Shown here in pieces: positions 1 to 9,744 of a stretch of 64,000 nt of DNA (its first letter is position 1; each line of letters begins with the position of its first letter). The stretch is from assembly GCA_965211795.1 (NCBI GenBank), contig OZ242973.1, positions 2,234,088 through 2,298,087 on the forward strand, in the 5' to 3' direction. Both the position numbers and the translations under genes were made by a program. Below the pieces are notes generated by a model. It ran no database searches. It was not told the DNA's origin and was given only the letters and a program-made list of their open reading frames with translations. Origin of the DNA: Longimicrobiales bacterium. Its GTDB lineage: Bacteria; Gemmatimonadota; Gemmatimonadetes; Longimicrobiales; Gaopeijiaceae.

Positions 1-2406
1 CACGTCGTAGTTGGCCGTGGCTTCGCGGTCGACCGAGACCTGGAACTGCGGCTGCCCCCGCTCGGTCCCGACGCGCACGTTGCGAACCTCCGAGAGTGTC
101 GAAAGACGGTCCCGGACGGCGTCGGCGAAGGGGAAGGTCCGGTCCATGTCCTCGCCGCGAATCCGCACGGCGATGTCCGCGTCGACGCCACCCAGAATCT
201 GCCCCAGCGCAGTAGCCTGGCCGGTCTCGAAGGAGAGGGCGCCCGCCGGGAACGCGTTCTCGATGCTCCGCACCCGCCTCACCACATTCTCGGTCAGCGC
301 ACCGTCCGCCAGCCGAACCTGCACCGATGCGGTGTTCAGCCCGCGCGTCTGGCCCTGCTCCCCCTTGGCCTGCACGTCGCGGCCGACGTGGCTGAAGATG
401 GCGGCGACATCCGGGTCGTCCAGAAGGCCCTCCTCGAGGACGGCCACCTCTTCCGCGGTGATATCCAGCTGCGTGCCTTCGGCCAGTTCCACGTGGACAT
501 CGAAGGCGCCCTGGTCCACATCCGGCAGCAGATCCCTGTCCAGGGACATGGCCAGTAACACGCAGCCCCCCAGCGCTCCGCCCGCGGCGACCAGCACGGT
601 TCCGCGCCGGTCGAGAGAACGGGCCAGAACCCGGTGGTACCAGGCGGCGAAGACGTTGAAGACCCGGTCGAAGACGTTGAAGAAGGGCCTGAAGACCGTC
701 GACAGGATCTTGCCGCATACCTCCAGCCAGAGGCGGACTCCCTCCTTGGTCAGGGACCAGATGAGACCGAGCAGCCGGAACGGAAGGAGCACGACCCACC
801 GGATGCCGCGCCCCACCCGAAACAGGATGTTCCTGGGGGGGGGCGGCGGGAGCCTGGGAGCGGCAGTCTCCGCAACCTCTTCACGTCCCCCTCCGAAGTG
901 CGCGGCCATGGTGGGCAGGAGCGTGACCGCGACCAGCAGGCTGCAAAGGAGCGAGAACGCCACCGCCAGGGAGAGCGCCCCGAAGAGTTCACCCGCCACA
1001 CCCTCCACGTAAATGATCGGGCCGAAGACGGAAATCGTCGTCAGCGTCGCGGCGGTGATGGCCCCCTGCACCTCTTCCGCCCCCTTGGCCGCGGCCTGGA
1101 GCATTCCCATGCCGGCCTGCCGGTGCCGGAAGATGTTCTCGAGCACGATGATCGAGTTGTCGACCAGCATCCCGACGCCGAGCGCCAGTCCCCCTAGACT
1201 CATGATGTTGAGGGAGACCCCGAACGCCTCCATGAGGGCGAAGGTGCCGATCACCGAGATGGGGATTGCCAGCGCGATCGCGACCGGGTAGCGCGGGTCG
1301 CGCAGGAACAGGAACAGGACGAAGAACGCGAGGATGCCACCCACAACAAGAGCCTGGGCCACGTTGTCGATGGACTCGTCGATGAAGGTGGCCTGGTTGT
1401 AGGCGATCTCCGCCGTGAACCTGGGCCACTGCTCCTTGAGGAGGTCCAGCGTTTCCTGCACCTCCTCCGAGACCGCCACGGTGTTGGCCCCGGACTCCTT
1501 GTAGACGAGGAGTCCCACCGACTCGGAACCGTTGTAGCGGGCGATCTCCTCCCTCTCCTTGAACCCGTCCTCGACCGTCGCCACATCCGAGACGCTGACC
1601 TGCCGGAACGGCCTCTCGTCGTCGCCCCCCTGTCGATCCTGACCGCCACCGCCGCCACCCATCTGGTCGCGGGCGACGACGACATCGCGAATCTCGTGGA
1701 CGGCCTGGAATTCGCCGAGGGTACGCAGGGGATACCGGTACCGCCCCCGCAGAATCGTGCCTCCGGTGGCCGAGTAGTTCGCCTGGGCGATCGCGCCGGA
1801 CACCTGGGACGGCGCGATTCCGTTCGCCTGGAGCAGGTCCCAGTCCACGTTGACGTGAATCTCGCGGTCGAGTCCGCCGGTCACGGCCGCCTGGGCCACC
1901 CCGTCCAGCTGCTCGAGGCGGCGGCGGAAGACGCGCTCGGCGATCTCCTTGTTCTGGGCCAGGGTGCCGCCGCCCGAGATCGACACCGTCATGATCGGAT
2001 CGGACTGGGGGTCGACGCGCAGGATGGCGGGCCGTTCGGCGGTCTCGGGGAGCCCTTCGCGGATTTCGTCCAGCTTCTCCCTGACGTTGAGCGCCGCGAA
2101 GTCCATGTCCGTGCCCCACGCGAATCGCAGGGTCACCAGGCTCACACCGTCCTGGGACACCGAGGTCACCTTCTCGACCCCCGGCACCGAGGCTCCCTGC
2201 TGCTCGATGCGTTCGGTGATCAGCCGCTCGATTTCGGCGGGCGCCACATTCGAATAGGTGGTATAGATGACCAGCCGCGGAAAGCTCACGTCCGGAAGGA
2301 GGTCGATGGGCAGGCGGGTCCAGGAGATGATGCCCAGAAGCACCACCGCCAGGATCATCATGGCGACGGCGACCGGGCGCCGCGTCGCGGTTCCGGGAAT
2401 GGACAT
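1..2406 (-). CDS. RND (AcrB/HAE1-type) efflux permease, N-terminal ~800 aa; the C-terminus lies beyond the window start
   Basis: Not in the ORF track because there is no stop inside the window. Hand translation of the minus strand from the ATG at 2406 gives MSIPGTATRRPVAVAMMILAVVLLGIISWTRLPIDLLPDVSFPRLVIYTTYSNVAPAEIERLITERIEQ... and stays open to position 1. This is a classic AcrB N-terminus. The gene starts 3 nt after the TolC-like stop. Confidence 0.85.
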   Translation of the reverse strand, partial: MSIPGTATRRPVAVAMMILAVVLLGIISWTRLPIDLLPDVSFPRLVIYTTYSNVAPAEIERLITERIEQQGASVPGVEKVTSVSQDGVSLVTLRFAWGTDMDFAALNVREKLDEIREGLPETAERPAILRVDPQSDPIMTVSISGGGTLAQNKEIAERVFRRRLEQLDGVAQAAVTGGLDREIHVNVDWDLLQANGIAPSQVSGAIAQANYSATGGTILRGRYRYPLRTLGEFQAVHEIRDVVVARDQMGGGGGGQDRQGGDDERPFRQVSVSDVATVEDGFKEREEIARYNGSESVGLLVYKESGANTVAVSEEVQETLDLLKEQWPRFTAEIAYNQATFIDESIDNVAQALVVGGILAFFVLFLFLRDPRYPVAIALAIPISVIGTFALMEAFGVSLNIMSLGGLALGVGMLVDNSIIVLENIFRHRQAGMGMLQAAAKGAEEVQGAITAATLTTISVFGPIIYVEGVAGELFGALSLAVAFSLLCSLLVAVTLLPTMAAHFGGGREEVAETAAPRLPPPPPRNILFRVGRGIRWVVLLPFRLLGLIWSLTKEGVRLWLEVCGKILSTVFRPFFNVFDRVFNVFAAWYHRVLARSLDRRGTVLVAAGGALGGCVLLAMSLDRDLLPDVDQGAFDVHVELAEGTQLDITAEEVAVLEEGLLDDPDVAAIFSHVGRDVQAKGEQGQTRGLNTASVQVRLADGALTENVVRRVRSIENAFPAGALSFETGQATALGQILGGVDADIAVRIRGEDMDRTFPFADAVRDRLSTLSEVRNVRVGTERGQPQFQVSVDREATANYDV

Positions 2407-2409
2407 GGG

Positions 2410-3849
2410 TCAGTTCCCTTCGGTCGGGAGGTCGATGCCGGCTTCCTGCGCGACGATGCCGAGTTCCTCGTAGAGTGCGAGCAGGGCCGTGGCGAAGGTG
2501 AAGCGCTGGTCAACCTCCTGCCTTCGCGCATCCGCCTCTTCGCGAATCGCCGTTCTCAGGGCCTCGATGCCCTTGTTCGCGAGCAGGTACTCCTCGCGGA
2601 CGATACCCAGACGCTCGGTAGCCACCTCCCGCGCCCTCTCCCGTTGGAGGACGTTCTCCCAAGCAGTCTCGAGGTCCAGATACTTCGACCTGACGGACTC
2701 CTCGATTCGGAGCACGGTCTGCCGAAGAGACATCTCGGCGTTGTTGAGCGACATGGTCGCCGAGGCAACATCGTAGGACCGCTGGAAGCCGTCGAAAATT
2801 GGCAGGACGTCGGATATGGGTATCGTGAAGTTGAGGTCAGCAGAGGAACTGAACCCGGAATCGTTGAAGTCCAGACCGAACAGTTCAGTGTAGTCAGTGC
2901 CGTTGCCGCTGCCGCCGAAGCTCGTACTGAGACTTATCGTAGGCCAGCGCACGGCCTTGCGAGCGTTCAAAGTTGCCCGTTGAACCGCCAGATCCGCCTC
3001 GGCCGAAGCAACCGCAGGACTCCCCCGACCAGCGCGGGCGAGGAGTTCCGTCAAGTCCAGCGTGGAGGGGTCGAAGGTTGCGGGTGGCTGCTGGTCGATT
3101 TCCACCGCCCGCAAATCCGGGTCACCGATTGACGTCCGCAAGGCGAGCAATGCCTTGTCCAGCTCGCCCTGAGCGGTCCTTACGTTGATACGCTGATTCT
3201 CCAGGTCGAGCTCGGCACTCAGAAGGTCCGAGCGCGCGATGGCCAGAAGCTCGAAACGCCTTTGCTTGTCTTCAAGCTCCAGTTGGCGATCAGTGAGAAG
3301 GGTAACTTCGACCGCCAACTTCGCATGCTGTTGCTGGGCGGCAAGGTATCGACGCTGAACCTCCGCCAAGGTTGTATTCAATCGTTGTTGGGCAGTGATC
3401 CGGCTTCGACGGACCTCAGCCCGAGTCTGTCCGAGCTGGTGAAAGCGCTGCCCTCCCTCAAGCAAGGTGAGACTCAGCCTCGCGTTGTGATTGGCTTGCG
3501 AGCGCGTGATCGTCGTCGGTTGATCCCTCTGCTGTGGACTCCCGTCGGGATTGAACCAGCCGGTGCTCAGGTAACGGTCCAATCCGGTATAGTAGGTCAG
3601 ATTCACTGTGGGCAGAAAACCGGCCCACCATTGCCGCCGCGGGTGCGAGTCAAGTTCCAGTTGGCGAAGGGATTGTTGGTACTCCGAATTGAACCGAGTC
3701 GCAAGTTCCAGCGCATGCTGCAGGGTCAGCACAGTGACTTCCGGCTCACCGCCAGTCTCCTGAGCCGCCACTTCCAGCCCACCACCCAACCCCACCAGCA
3801 CCGCCACTCCCACCATCCCCCGCCTCAACCACCTCTCTCCGCTCCTCAT
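2410..3849 (-). CDS. TolC/OprM-family outer-membrane efflux protein
   Basis: ORF 2410..4032 trimmed to M62 (MRSGERWLRRGMVGVAVLVGLGG..., signal-like). ATGA start/stop overlap with the MFP gene at 3846-3849. Long two-fold coiled-coil repeat pattern typical of TolC-like proteins. Confidence 0.8.
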   Translation of the reverse strand: MRSGERWLRRGMVGVAVLVGLGGGLEVAAQETGGEPEVTVLTLQHALELATRFNSEYQQSLRQLELDSHPRRQWWAGFLPTVNLTYYTGLDRYLSTGWFNPDGSPQQRDQPTTITRSQANHNARLSLTLLEGGQRFHQLGQTRAEVRRSRITAQQRLNTTLAEVQRRYLAAQQQHAKLAVEVTLLTDRQLELEDKQRRFELLAIARSDLLSAELDLENQRINVRTAQGELDKALLALRTSIGDPDLRAVEIDQQPPATFDPSTLDLTELLARAGRGSPAVASAEADLAVQRATLNARKAVRWPTISLSTSFGGSGNGTDYTELFGLDFNDSGFSSSADLNFTIPISDVLPIFDGFQRSYDVASATMSLNNAEMSLRQTVLRIEESVRSKYLDLETAWENVLQRERAREVATERLGIVREEYLLANKGIEALRTAIREEADARRQEVDQRFTFATALLALYEELGIVAQEAGIDLPTEGN

Positions 3850-5033
3850 CGTGTCGGCCTCCCTCCCGCGACCGCCAGGTCTTCGACAACATTCACCGCG
3901 GCGTCGTGGGTCAGGAACTGGTGTCCGTCCGTCAGGACGATCTCGCCCGCCTGGGGCCTGTCCGGGTATTCCTGGCTCGGCAGAAGTTCCACCAGCAGGT
4001 CGTTGTTCATTCCGGGAATCACGTAGTGCCACTTGGCCCGGCCGTCCTCGACCACGAAGCAGTAGGGACGACCGTCGGTGGCTTCCAGGATCGCGGTGCG
4101 CGGCACCATGATCCGGTCCGGGAACTTCTGGGCCTCCAGGTCGGCCTCGGCGTACATGCCCGGGAAGATCCGGCCTTCGGGGTTGTCGATGTGAACCGTC
4201 ACCCGGGCCGTGTTGGTGGTCGCGTCCACGATCGGGTTGATCGTCTCGATCACGCCCGCGAAGGGCTGGCCGGGGAAGGGCGTGAACTCGACCGATGCCG
4301 CGTGCCCTTCGGCGAGGTAGACGACCTCCGTCCCCAGCACCGCCACGGTCACCTTGACCGGGTCCAGGTCAACGATCGTGAGGACCTCCTCGCCCTCGCC
4401 GAGGTACTGCCCGCGGATCACCTTCAGGTCGGCGACGCGGCCCTCGAAGGGAGCGCGTACCGTGGTCTCCTCGAGGTCCCGGAGCGCACGCTGATGGGCA
4501 ACTTCCATCCCGTCCAGGTTGGCGCGCGCACGCGCCAGCCGGTCCCTCGCGTTCCTCAGAACCGTGTCCGTGAGCTGGTCGTCACCCAGGACGCTGACCT
4601 GATAGTCCGCCTGGGCCCTGCTCAGGTCCGCGGCCGCCGCCGCCAATGCGAGCGCGTACTCGGTCGTATCGATCTGCACCAGACGCTGGCCGGCCCGCAC
4701 GGTCTGGTTCTCCTGCACGTATACTCGCGCCACCTCCCCCGATGCCCGGGCCTTCAGCTGGGTCTCGCGGATCGGCTCCGCGCGCCCCTTGGCCGTCACC
4801 GAAATCCTGAGCGTGTCCTGCAGGGTCACCGCTCCCTCGACCGGGACCGGGACCTCGGTGTTGAACTGTTCCTGGACCGATTGTACGACCGAGTCCGCCG
4901 CTGCGGAACGCTCCGGCGCCTCTTCCTCCGTTTCTTCGTCGGCGGGGTTCAGCCTCCAGTAGATCCCGTACGCCGCCGCCCCGAGAAGGATCAGGACAGT
5001 CAGCATTCCGAGTATGGATCGCGATCGCGCCAT
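3846..5033 (-). CDS. RND-pump membrane fusion protein (HlyD/AcrA family periplasmic adaptor)
   Basis: 395 aa. N-terminal TM anchor MARSRSILGMLTVLILLGAAAYGIYW. Lipoyl/barrel motifs (ASGEVARVYVQENQTVRAGQRLVQID, TTVRAPFEGRVADLKV). First gene of the MFP-OMP-RND operon. Confidence 0.85.
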   Translation of the reverse strand: MARSRSILGMLTVLILLGAAAYGIYWRLNPADEETEEEAPERSAAADSVVQSVQEQFNTEVPVPVEGAVTLQDTLRISVTAKGRAEPIRETQLKARASGEVARVYVQENQTVRAGQRLVQIDTTEYALALAAAAADLSRAQADYQVSVLGDDQLTDTVLRNARDRLARARANLDGMEVAHQRALRDLEETTVRAPFEGRVADLKVIRGQYLGEGEEVLTIVDLDPVKVTVAVLGTEVVYLAEGHAASVEFTPFPGQPFAGVIETINPIVDATTNTARVTVHIDNPEGRIFPGMYAEADLEAQKFPDRIMVPRTAILEATDGRPYCFVVEDGRAKWHYVIPGMNNDLLVELLPSQEYPDRPQAGEIVLTDGHQFLTHDAAVNVVEDLAVAGGRPTR

Positions 5034-5162
5034 CTCAAGTCTCCTTGCTGTTCAAGTCGAATGGGTGAAGCTCGCCGGGCTCCCCCCAACACCCGGTTGG
5101 ACACGGCGGGCGGCGGGAAGGGTTGCCGCCTACGCGCTCCGCCCGATCGCCAAGAGCGTAGT

Positions 5163-6377
5163 CTACGCCACCCTTCCCCCGTACCTGCGCGCCACATAGT
5201 CCCCGAGAATCTCCTTGAATTCCTCCACGATCCCGTCGCCCTTGAGCGTTCGCAGGTGCTTTCCGTCCACGTACACCGGCGCCTTCGGCTCCTCGAAGTT
5301 GCCCGGCAGCGATATCCCCAGGTCCGCGTGCTTCGATTCCCCCGGCCCGTTCACCACGCACCCCATCACCGCCACTTTCAGGTCCTCTACCCCCGGGTAG
5401 ACCCTGCGCCACTCCGCCATCCGCTCCCGGATATGCCCCTGGATGTCCTCGGTCATCTCCTGGAAGAAGGTGCTCGTGGTGCGGCCGCATCCCGGGCACG
5501 CCGTCACCTGGGGCTCGAAGCTGCGGATCTCGAGCGACTGCAGGATCTGCTGCGCGACCCTCACCTCCTCGGTACGGTCGCCGCTCGGCCGCGGCGTCAA
5601 CGAAACCCGGATCGTGTCCCCGATCCCGTCGATCAGAAGCGGTGAGAGCGCGGCCGCCGTCGCCACGATCCCCTTAGACCCCATCCCAGCCTCCGTCAGC
5701 CCCAGATGCAGCGGGTACTCCGTCAGCGGCGCCAGCTGCCGGTACACCAGGATCAGTTCGCGCACCCCCGACACCTTCGCGCTCAGCACGATCCGGTCCG
5801 CCCCCAGCCCCGTCTCCTCCGCCAGCTCCGCCGACCGGGTGGCGCTCTCGACGATACAGTCGCGCAGCACCTGGCCCGCGTCCTTCGGGTTCGCGCGGCG
5901 CCCGTTCTCGTCCATCATCTGCGTGAGCAGGCGCTGGTCGAGCGACCCCCAGTTCACCCCGATGCGCACCGCCTTTCCGTTCTCGATCGCGATGCGGATG
6001 ATCGCCTGGAAGTTTTCGTCGCGGCGGCTGGTCCCCACGTTGCCCGGGTTGATCCGGTACTTGTCGAGGAGCGCGGCCGCGCGCGGGAAGTCGCGCAGCA
6101 GGATGTGGCCGTTGTAGTGGAAGTCGCCGACGATCGGGACCGTGCAGCCCAGGTCGGCGAGGCGCTCGAAGAGTTCGGGGACGGCGGCGGCCGCGTACTT
6201 GTTGTTGACCGTGACGCGCACGATCTCGCTGCCCGCGTCGGCCAGCGCCTTGACCTGCGCGGCGGTGGCGGCCGGGTCGGCGGTGTCGGTGTTGGTCATC
6301 GACTGCACCATGACCGGGTTGCCCCCGCCCACCTTCACGCCGCCGATATCGACCTCGACGGTCTTTCTCAAGAGCAA
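5163..6377 (-). CDS. ispG: 4-hydroxy-3-methylbut-2-en-1-yl diphosphate synthase (MEP pathway)
   Basis: 404 aa. [50 protein letters not shown] and the C-terminal CPGCGRT Fe-S motif are characteristic of IspG/GcpE. Confidence 0.93.
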   Translation of the reverse strand: MLLRKTVEVDIGGVKVGGGNPVMVQSMTNTDTADPAATAAQVKALADAGSEIVRVTVNNKYAAAAVPELFERLADLGCTVPIVGDFHYNGHILLRDFPRAAALLDKYRINPGNVGTSRRDENFQAIIRIAIENGKAVRIGVNWGSLDQRLLTQMMDENGRRANPKDAGQVLRDCIVESATRSAELAEETGLGADRIVLSAKVSGVRELILVYRQLAPLTEYPLHLGLTEAGMGSKGIVATAAALSPLLIDGIGDTIRVSLTPRPSGDRTEEVRVAQQILQSLEIRSFEPQVTACPGCGRTTSTFFQEMTEDIQGHIRERMAEWRRVYPGVEDLKVAVMGCVVNGPGESKHADLGISLPGNFEEPKAPVYVDGKHLRTLKGDGIVEEFKEILGDYVARRYGGRVA

Positions 6378-6543
6378 TTCCTCGCTTACGTTGGGGTCCC
6401 GGCACTCCGTCGACGCGGCTCCAGGCTGCGGGAAAGCTACCCGAAATCCTGCAGGGCCAAAAGCCGCCGCCGACGATACCGAAATGATATCGGAGTGATA
6501 TCAGCGTACAGTTCCCCACGCTCCACGAACCAGAGGTCGAATC

Positions 6544-9450
6544 ATGAAGCCCCAACGGTCGCCCCTCCGCACCGCACTCACCACCCTTCCCCTTCTCGCG
6601 ATCGCACTGACCGCCACCCTCCTCCAGCCCCCCGCCCTGCAGGCCCAGGAGAAGCCCACCCTCACCGTCGACGACTACGGCCAGTTCGAGCGCCTCGGCC
6701 CCGCAGCCCTCTCGCCCGACGGCAACTGGATGGCCGTGTCGATCAGCCGGGTCAACGACGAGGGCGAGCTCCGCATCCACGCCACCGACTCCGACTCGGT
6801 GGTGGTGGTCGCCTACGCCACGCGTCCCGTCTTCAGCTCGGACAACCGCTGGCTGGCCTACTCGATCGGGGTGTCGCCGGACGAGCGCGAGCGCATGCAG
6901 GAGTCCAGGCAGCCCGTCAAGAACAAGCTCGGCCTGCTGAACCTCCAAACCGGCGAGCAGGAGACGATCGACGATGTCCAGTCGTTCTCGTTCTCCGACA
7001 ACGGGCTCTTCCTGGCGCTCCGGCTCTACAAGCCCGAGGGGAAGGAGAGCGACGGCGTGGACGTGCTGGTGCGGGACATGGCGACGGGTTCCTCGATCAG
7101 CCACGGCAACGTCAATCAGATGTCGTGGCAGGACGAGGGACACCTGCTGGCCATGACGATCGACGCGGACAACAAGATCAACAACGGCGTGAAGCTCTAC
7201 GATCCCGTCACGGGCCGCGTGCGCCAGCTGGACTCCGACGAAACGACCTACCGGCACATGCGCTGGCGGGAGGAGTCGGCCGACCTGGTCGTCCTCAAGA
7301 CCTACAGCGACGAGGAACACGAGGACACCGCGCACGTCGTTCTGGCCTGGCGCGACCTGGACGACGAGGACTCCGAGGCCTTCGTTCTGGACCCGCGCGA
7401 AGGCGCCGAAGTGCCGAACGGTTCCCGGGTCACCGAGTACCGTCCGCCGAGCTGGTCGGAGGATGGGCGGACGATCTTCCTGGGCTTGCAGGAGCGCAGG
7501 CCGGTCGAGAATGCGGAGGATGAGGAGGAGGAAGGCGAGGGTGAAGAGGGTGAAGCCGAGGGCGACGAGGAAGGCGAGGGTGACGAGGAAGGCGAAGAGG
7601 AAGGCGAGGGTGACGGCGAGGAAGGGGACGGACCTCCCGCCAGGCGCGGCGCCGAAGAGGAAGAGGATCCACCGGGCGTCGAGATCTGGCATTCGAAGGA
7701 CGTGGACCCCGTGCCCGCGCAGCGGGTGCGCGACCGGTTCCTGCGGCAGGCCAACCACATCGCCCGCTGGACGCTGGACGACGGGAGCTTCCTGCAGCTG
7801 GGCGGAGACCACGCGGACGCGGCGTCCATCGTGGCGGACGGCCGCTACATGGTCGCCCGGGACGAGACCCCCTACGACGTGGAGGCCATGTTCCGCCAGC
7901 AGTTCAACGACGTCTACCTCGTCGACGCCGCCACCGGACAGCGCGAACTGGTCAGGTCCAGGATCTTCGGAGGCGCGTCGGGGAGTCCGGGCGGACGCTA
8001 CCTCTTGTGGTTCGAGGGCGAGGACTACTGGACCTACGACCTCGAGAGCGGTGAGACCCACAACATCACCGGCGGCGTGGACGGCGTCTTCGTCAACCTC
8101 GACCAGACCCCGACCAACGAGCAGATGCGGTCCTTCGGCACGGCGGGCTGGCTCGAGGACGACGAGGCGGTCCTGATCAACGACAAGTGGGACGTGTGGG
8201 AGGTTCAGCCCGACGGCTCCGGCGGGCGGCGCCTTACCCAGGGCGCCGAGACGGAAGTCGTGTACCGCGCCATGCAGCTCGACCGCGAGGCCGACGCCCA
8301 CGACCCGGACGAGCCGATCTACTACTCGACCTACGGCGAGTGGACCAAGAAGGCGGGATTCTCTCGCGCGCGCCCCGGTCGCGACCTTGAGCAGCTGATC
8401 TGGGAAGACGCCAGCATCGGCGGTTTCGGCGGCGGGTTGCAGAAGGCCGAGGACGCCGACCTGTACGTCATCCGCAAGGAGCGCTTCGACGACTCGCCGG
8501 ACTATTTCGTCACCCGCAACGACGATCTGAGCGACCTGACACAGATCACGAATACCAACCCGTTCCAGGACGACTATGCCTGGGGCCGCACCGAACTGAT
8601 CGACTACGAGAACGAGTGGGGTCGGCGGCTCCAGGGCGTGCTCATGTATCCCGCCAACTACGAGCCGGGCAGGAAGTACCCCATGATCGTGTATCACTAC
8701 GAACTGCTGTCGCGGGGTATGCACCGCTACCACATACCGGACGAGACCAGCTACTACAACCTTCAGGCCTGGAGCCAGGACGGCTACTTCGTGCTGCAGC
8801 CGGACATCGTCTTCCGGAACCGGGATCCCGGGCGGTCCAGCGTCCAGACGCTGCGTCCGGCGGTGGCCGCCGCCGTGGAGACCGGGATGATCGATCCTGA
8901 CAAGGTCGGGCTGATCGGACACTCGTGGGGGGGCTACCAGACGACCTTCTACGTGACGCAGGACCACACCTTCGCGAGCGCGGTCGCCGGCGCGCCGCTC
9001 ACGAATCTCATGAGCATGTACCTGTCGTTCTACTGGAACAGCGGCGGCACCGACGCGCGCATCTTCGAGATCAGCCAGGGACGCATGATGGGGCCGTGGT
9101 GGGAGGACTACGAGTCGTACGAGGCCAACTCCCCGGTCCACAACATCCAGAACATGGACACCCCGCTGCTCATGATGTTCGGGAGCAACGACGGGGCCGT
9201 CGAGTTCAACCAGGGGGTCGAGTTCTACAACGCGGCCCGGCGTTTGGCCAAGGACATGGTGCTGCTGGTCTACGACGGAGAGAATCACGGTCTGGCCCGC
9301 GAGCCCAACCAGAAGGACTACCGCAACCGCATCATGGAGTGGTTCGCCCACTACCTGAAGGGCGAGCCGGCGCCGGAGTGGATTACGGAGGGGCTGTCCT
9401 ATATCGAGCAGCAGGACGGGCTGAAGAGGAAGAAGCGGCCGATCAGTTGA
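6544..9450 (+). CDS. Secreted S9-family (prolyl oligopeptidase/DPP-like) serine peptidase with N-terminal beta-propeller region
   Basis: 968 aa. Signal peptide MKPQRSPLRTALTTLPLLAIALTATLLQPPALQA. Nucleophile elbow GHSWGGY, later GSNDGAV and GENHGL consistent with a Ser-Asp-His triad. Carries an unusual E/G-rich insert. Confidence 0.85.
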   Translation: MKPQRSPLRTALTTLPLLAIALTATLLQPPALQAQEKPTLTVDDYGQFERLGPAALSPDGNWMAVSISRVNDEGELRIHATDSDSVVVVAYATRPVFSSDNRWLAYSIGVSPDERERMQESRQPVKNKLGLLNLQTGEQETIDDVQSFSFSDNGLFLALRLYKPEGKESDGVDVLVRDMATGSSISHGNVNQMSWQDEGHLLAMTIDADNKINNGVKLYDPVTGRVRQLDSDETTYRHMRWREESADLVVLKTYSDEEHEDTAHVVLAWRDLDDEDSEAFVLDPREGAEVPNGSRVTEYRPPSWSEDGRTIFLGLQERRPVENAEDEEEEGEGEEGEAEGDEEGEGDEEGEEEGEGDGEEGDGPPARRGAEEEEDPPGVEIWHSKDVDPVPAQRVRDRFLRQANHIARWTLDDGSFLQLGGDHADAASIVADGRYMVARDETPYDVEAMFRQQFNDVYLVDAATGQRELVRSRIFGGASGSPGGRYLLWFEGEDYWTYDLESGETHNITGGVDGVFVNLDQTPTNEQMRSFGTAGWLEDDEAVLINDKWDVWEVQPDGSGGRRLTQGAETEVVYRAMQLDREADAHDPDEPIYYSTYGEWTKKAGFSRARPGRDLEQLIWEDASIGGFGGGLQKAEDADLYVIRKERFDDSPDYFVTRNDDLSDLTQITNTNPFQDDYAWGRTELIDYENEWGRRLQGVLMYPANYEPGRKYPMIVYHYELLSRGMHRYHIPDETSYYNLQAWSQDGYFVLQPDIVFRNRDPGRSSVQTLRPAVAAAVETGMIDPDKVGLIGHSWGGYQTTFYVTQDHTFASAVAGAPLTNLMSMYLSFYWNSGGTDARIFEISQGRMMGPWWEDYESYEANSPVHNIQNMDTPLLMMFGSNDGAVEFNQGVEFYNAARRLAKDMVLLVYDGENHGLAREPNQKDYRNRIMEWFAHYLKGEPAPEWITEGLSYIEQQDGLKRKKRPIS

Positions 9451-9528
9451 GGGGGGTGGGGCCGGGCGGCAGGGGTTGGCCCGTCCGGTCCCTTCCGCCG
9501 GTGTGCGGCCCAGTTCCCCGCGCTCGTT

Positions 9529-9680
9529 TCACGTCCGCACCAGCTGCCACCGGGCCTCGAGAACCGCGGGGTTGCGGTTGCCGGATGCAGCCTCGAGGAA
9601 CGGGGTGGATCCGGTACCGGTACGCGCCCGCGGATCCGCGCCCGCCTCCAGGAGGGCGAAGCGAGGACGATCGTTACGTC
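9529..9680 (-). pseudogene. Ankyrin-repeat gene remnant (~1.5 repeats, no start or signal peptide)
   Basis: Hand translation of the minus strand: ...NDRPRFALLEAGADPRARTGTGSTPFLEAASGNRNPAVLEARWQLVRT*, with the stop at 9529-9531. Lies directly downstream of 41-bp element copy 1. Confidence 0.45.
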
Positions 9681-9699
9681 GGGGATACGAAGGTTCATG

Positions 9700-9740
9700 A
9701 TGTCAAGTGCGGTTTCCATTTTGACAACTGCGGTTTACAC
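9700..9740. promoter_or_regulatory. 41-bp quasi-palindromic AT-rich element, copy 1
   Basis: ATGTCAAGTGCGGTTTCCATTTTGACAACTGCGGTTTACAC. Sits 5 nt past the ANK-A stop and upstream of the ANK remnant. Confidence 0.55.
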
Positions 9741-9744
9741 ACGA

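Noticed and set aside
11-3132. Track ORFs 11..1012(+), 634..1197(+), 989..2119(-), 1696..3132(+) in the first 3 kb.
   Set aside because: The real gene here is the RND permease in a different minus-strand frame (hand translated from 2406). The listed ORFs give R/G/P-rich nonsense.
5674-9351. 1225-aa minus-strand ORF and 605-aa plus-strand ORF (5706..7523) overlapping ispG and the S9 peptidase.
   Set aside because: They are off-frame or antisense to genes with diagnostic motifs, and their translations are low-complexity R/G/P/H strings.
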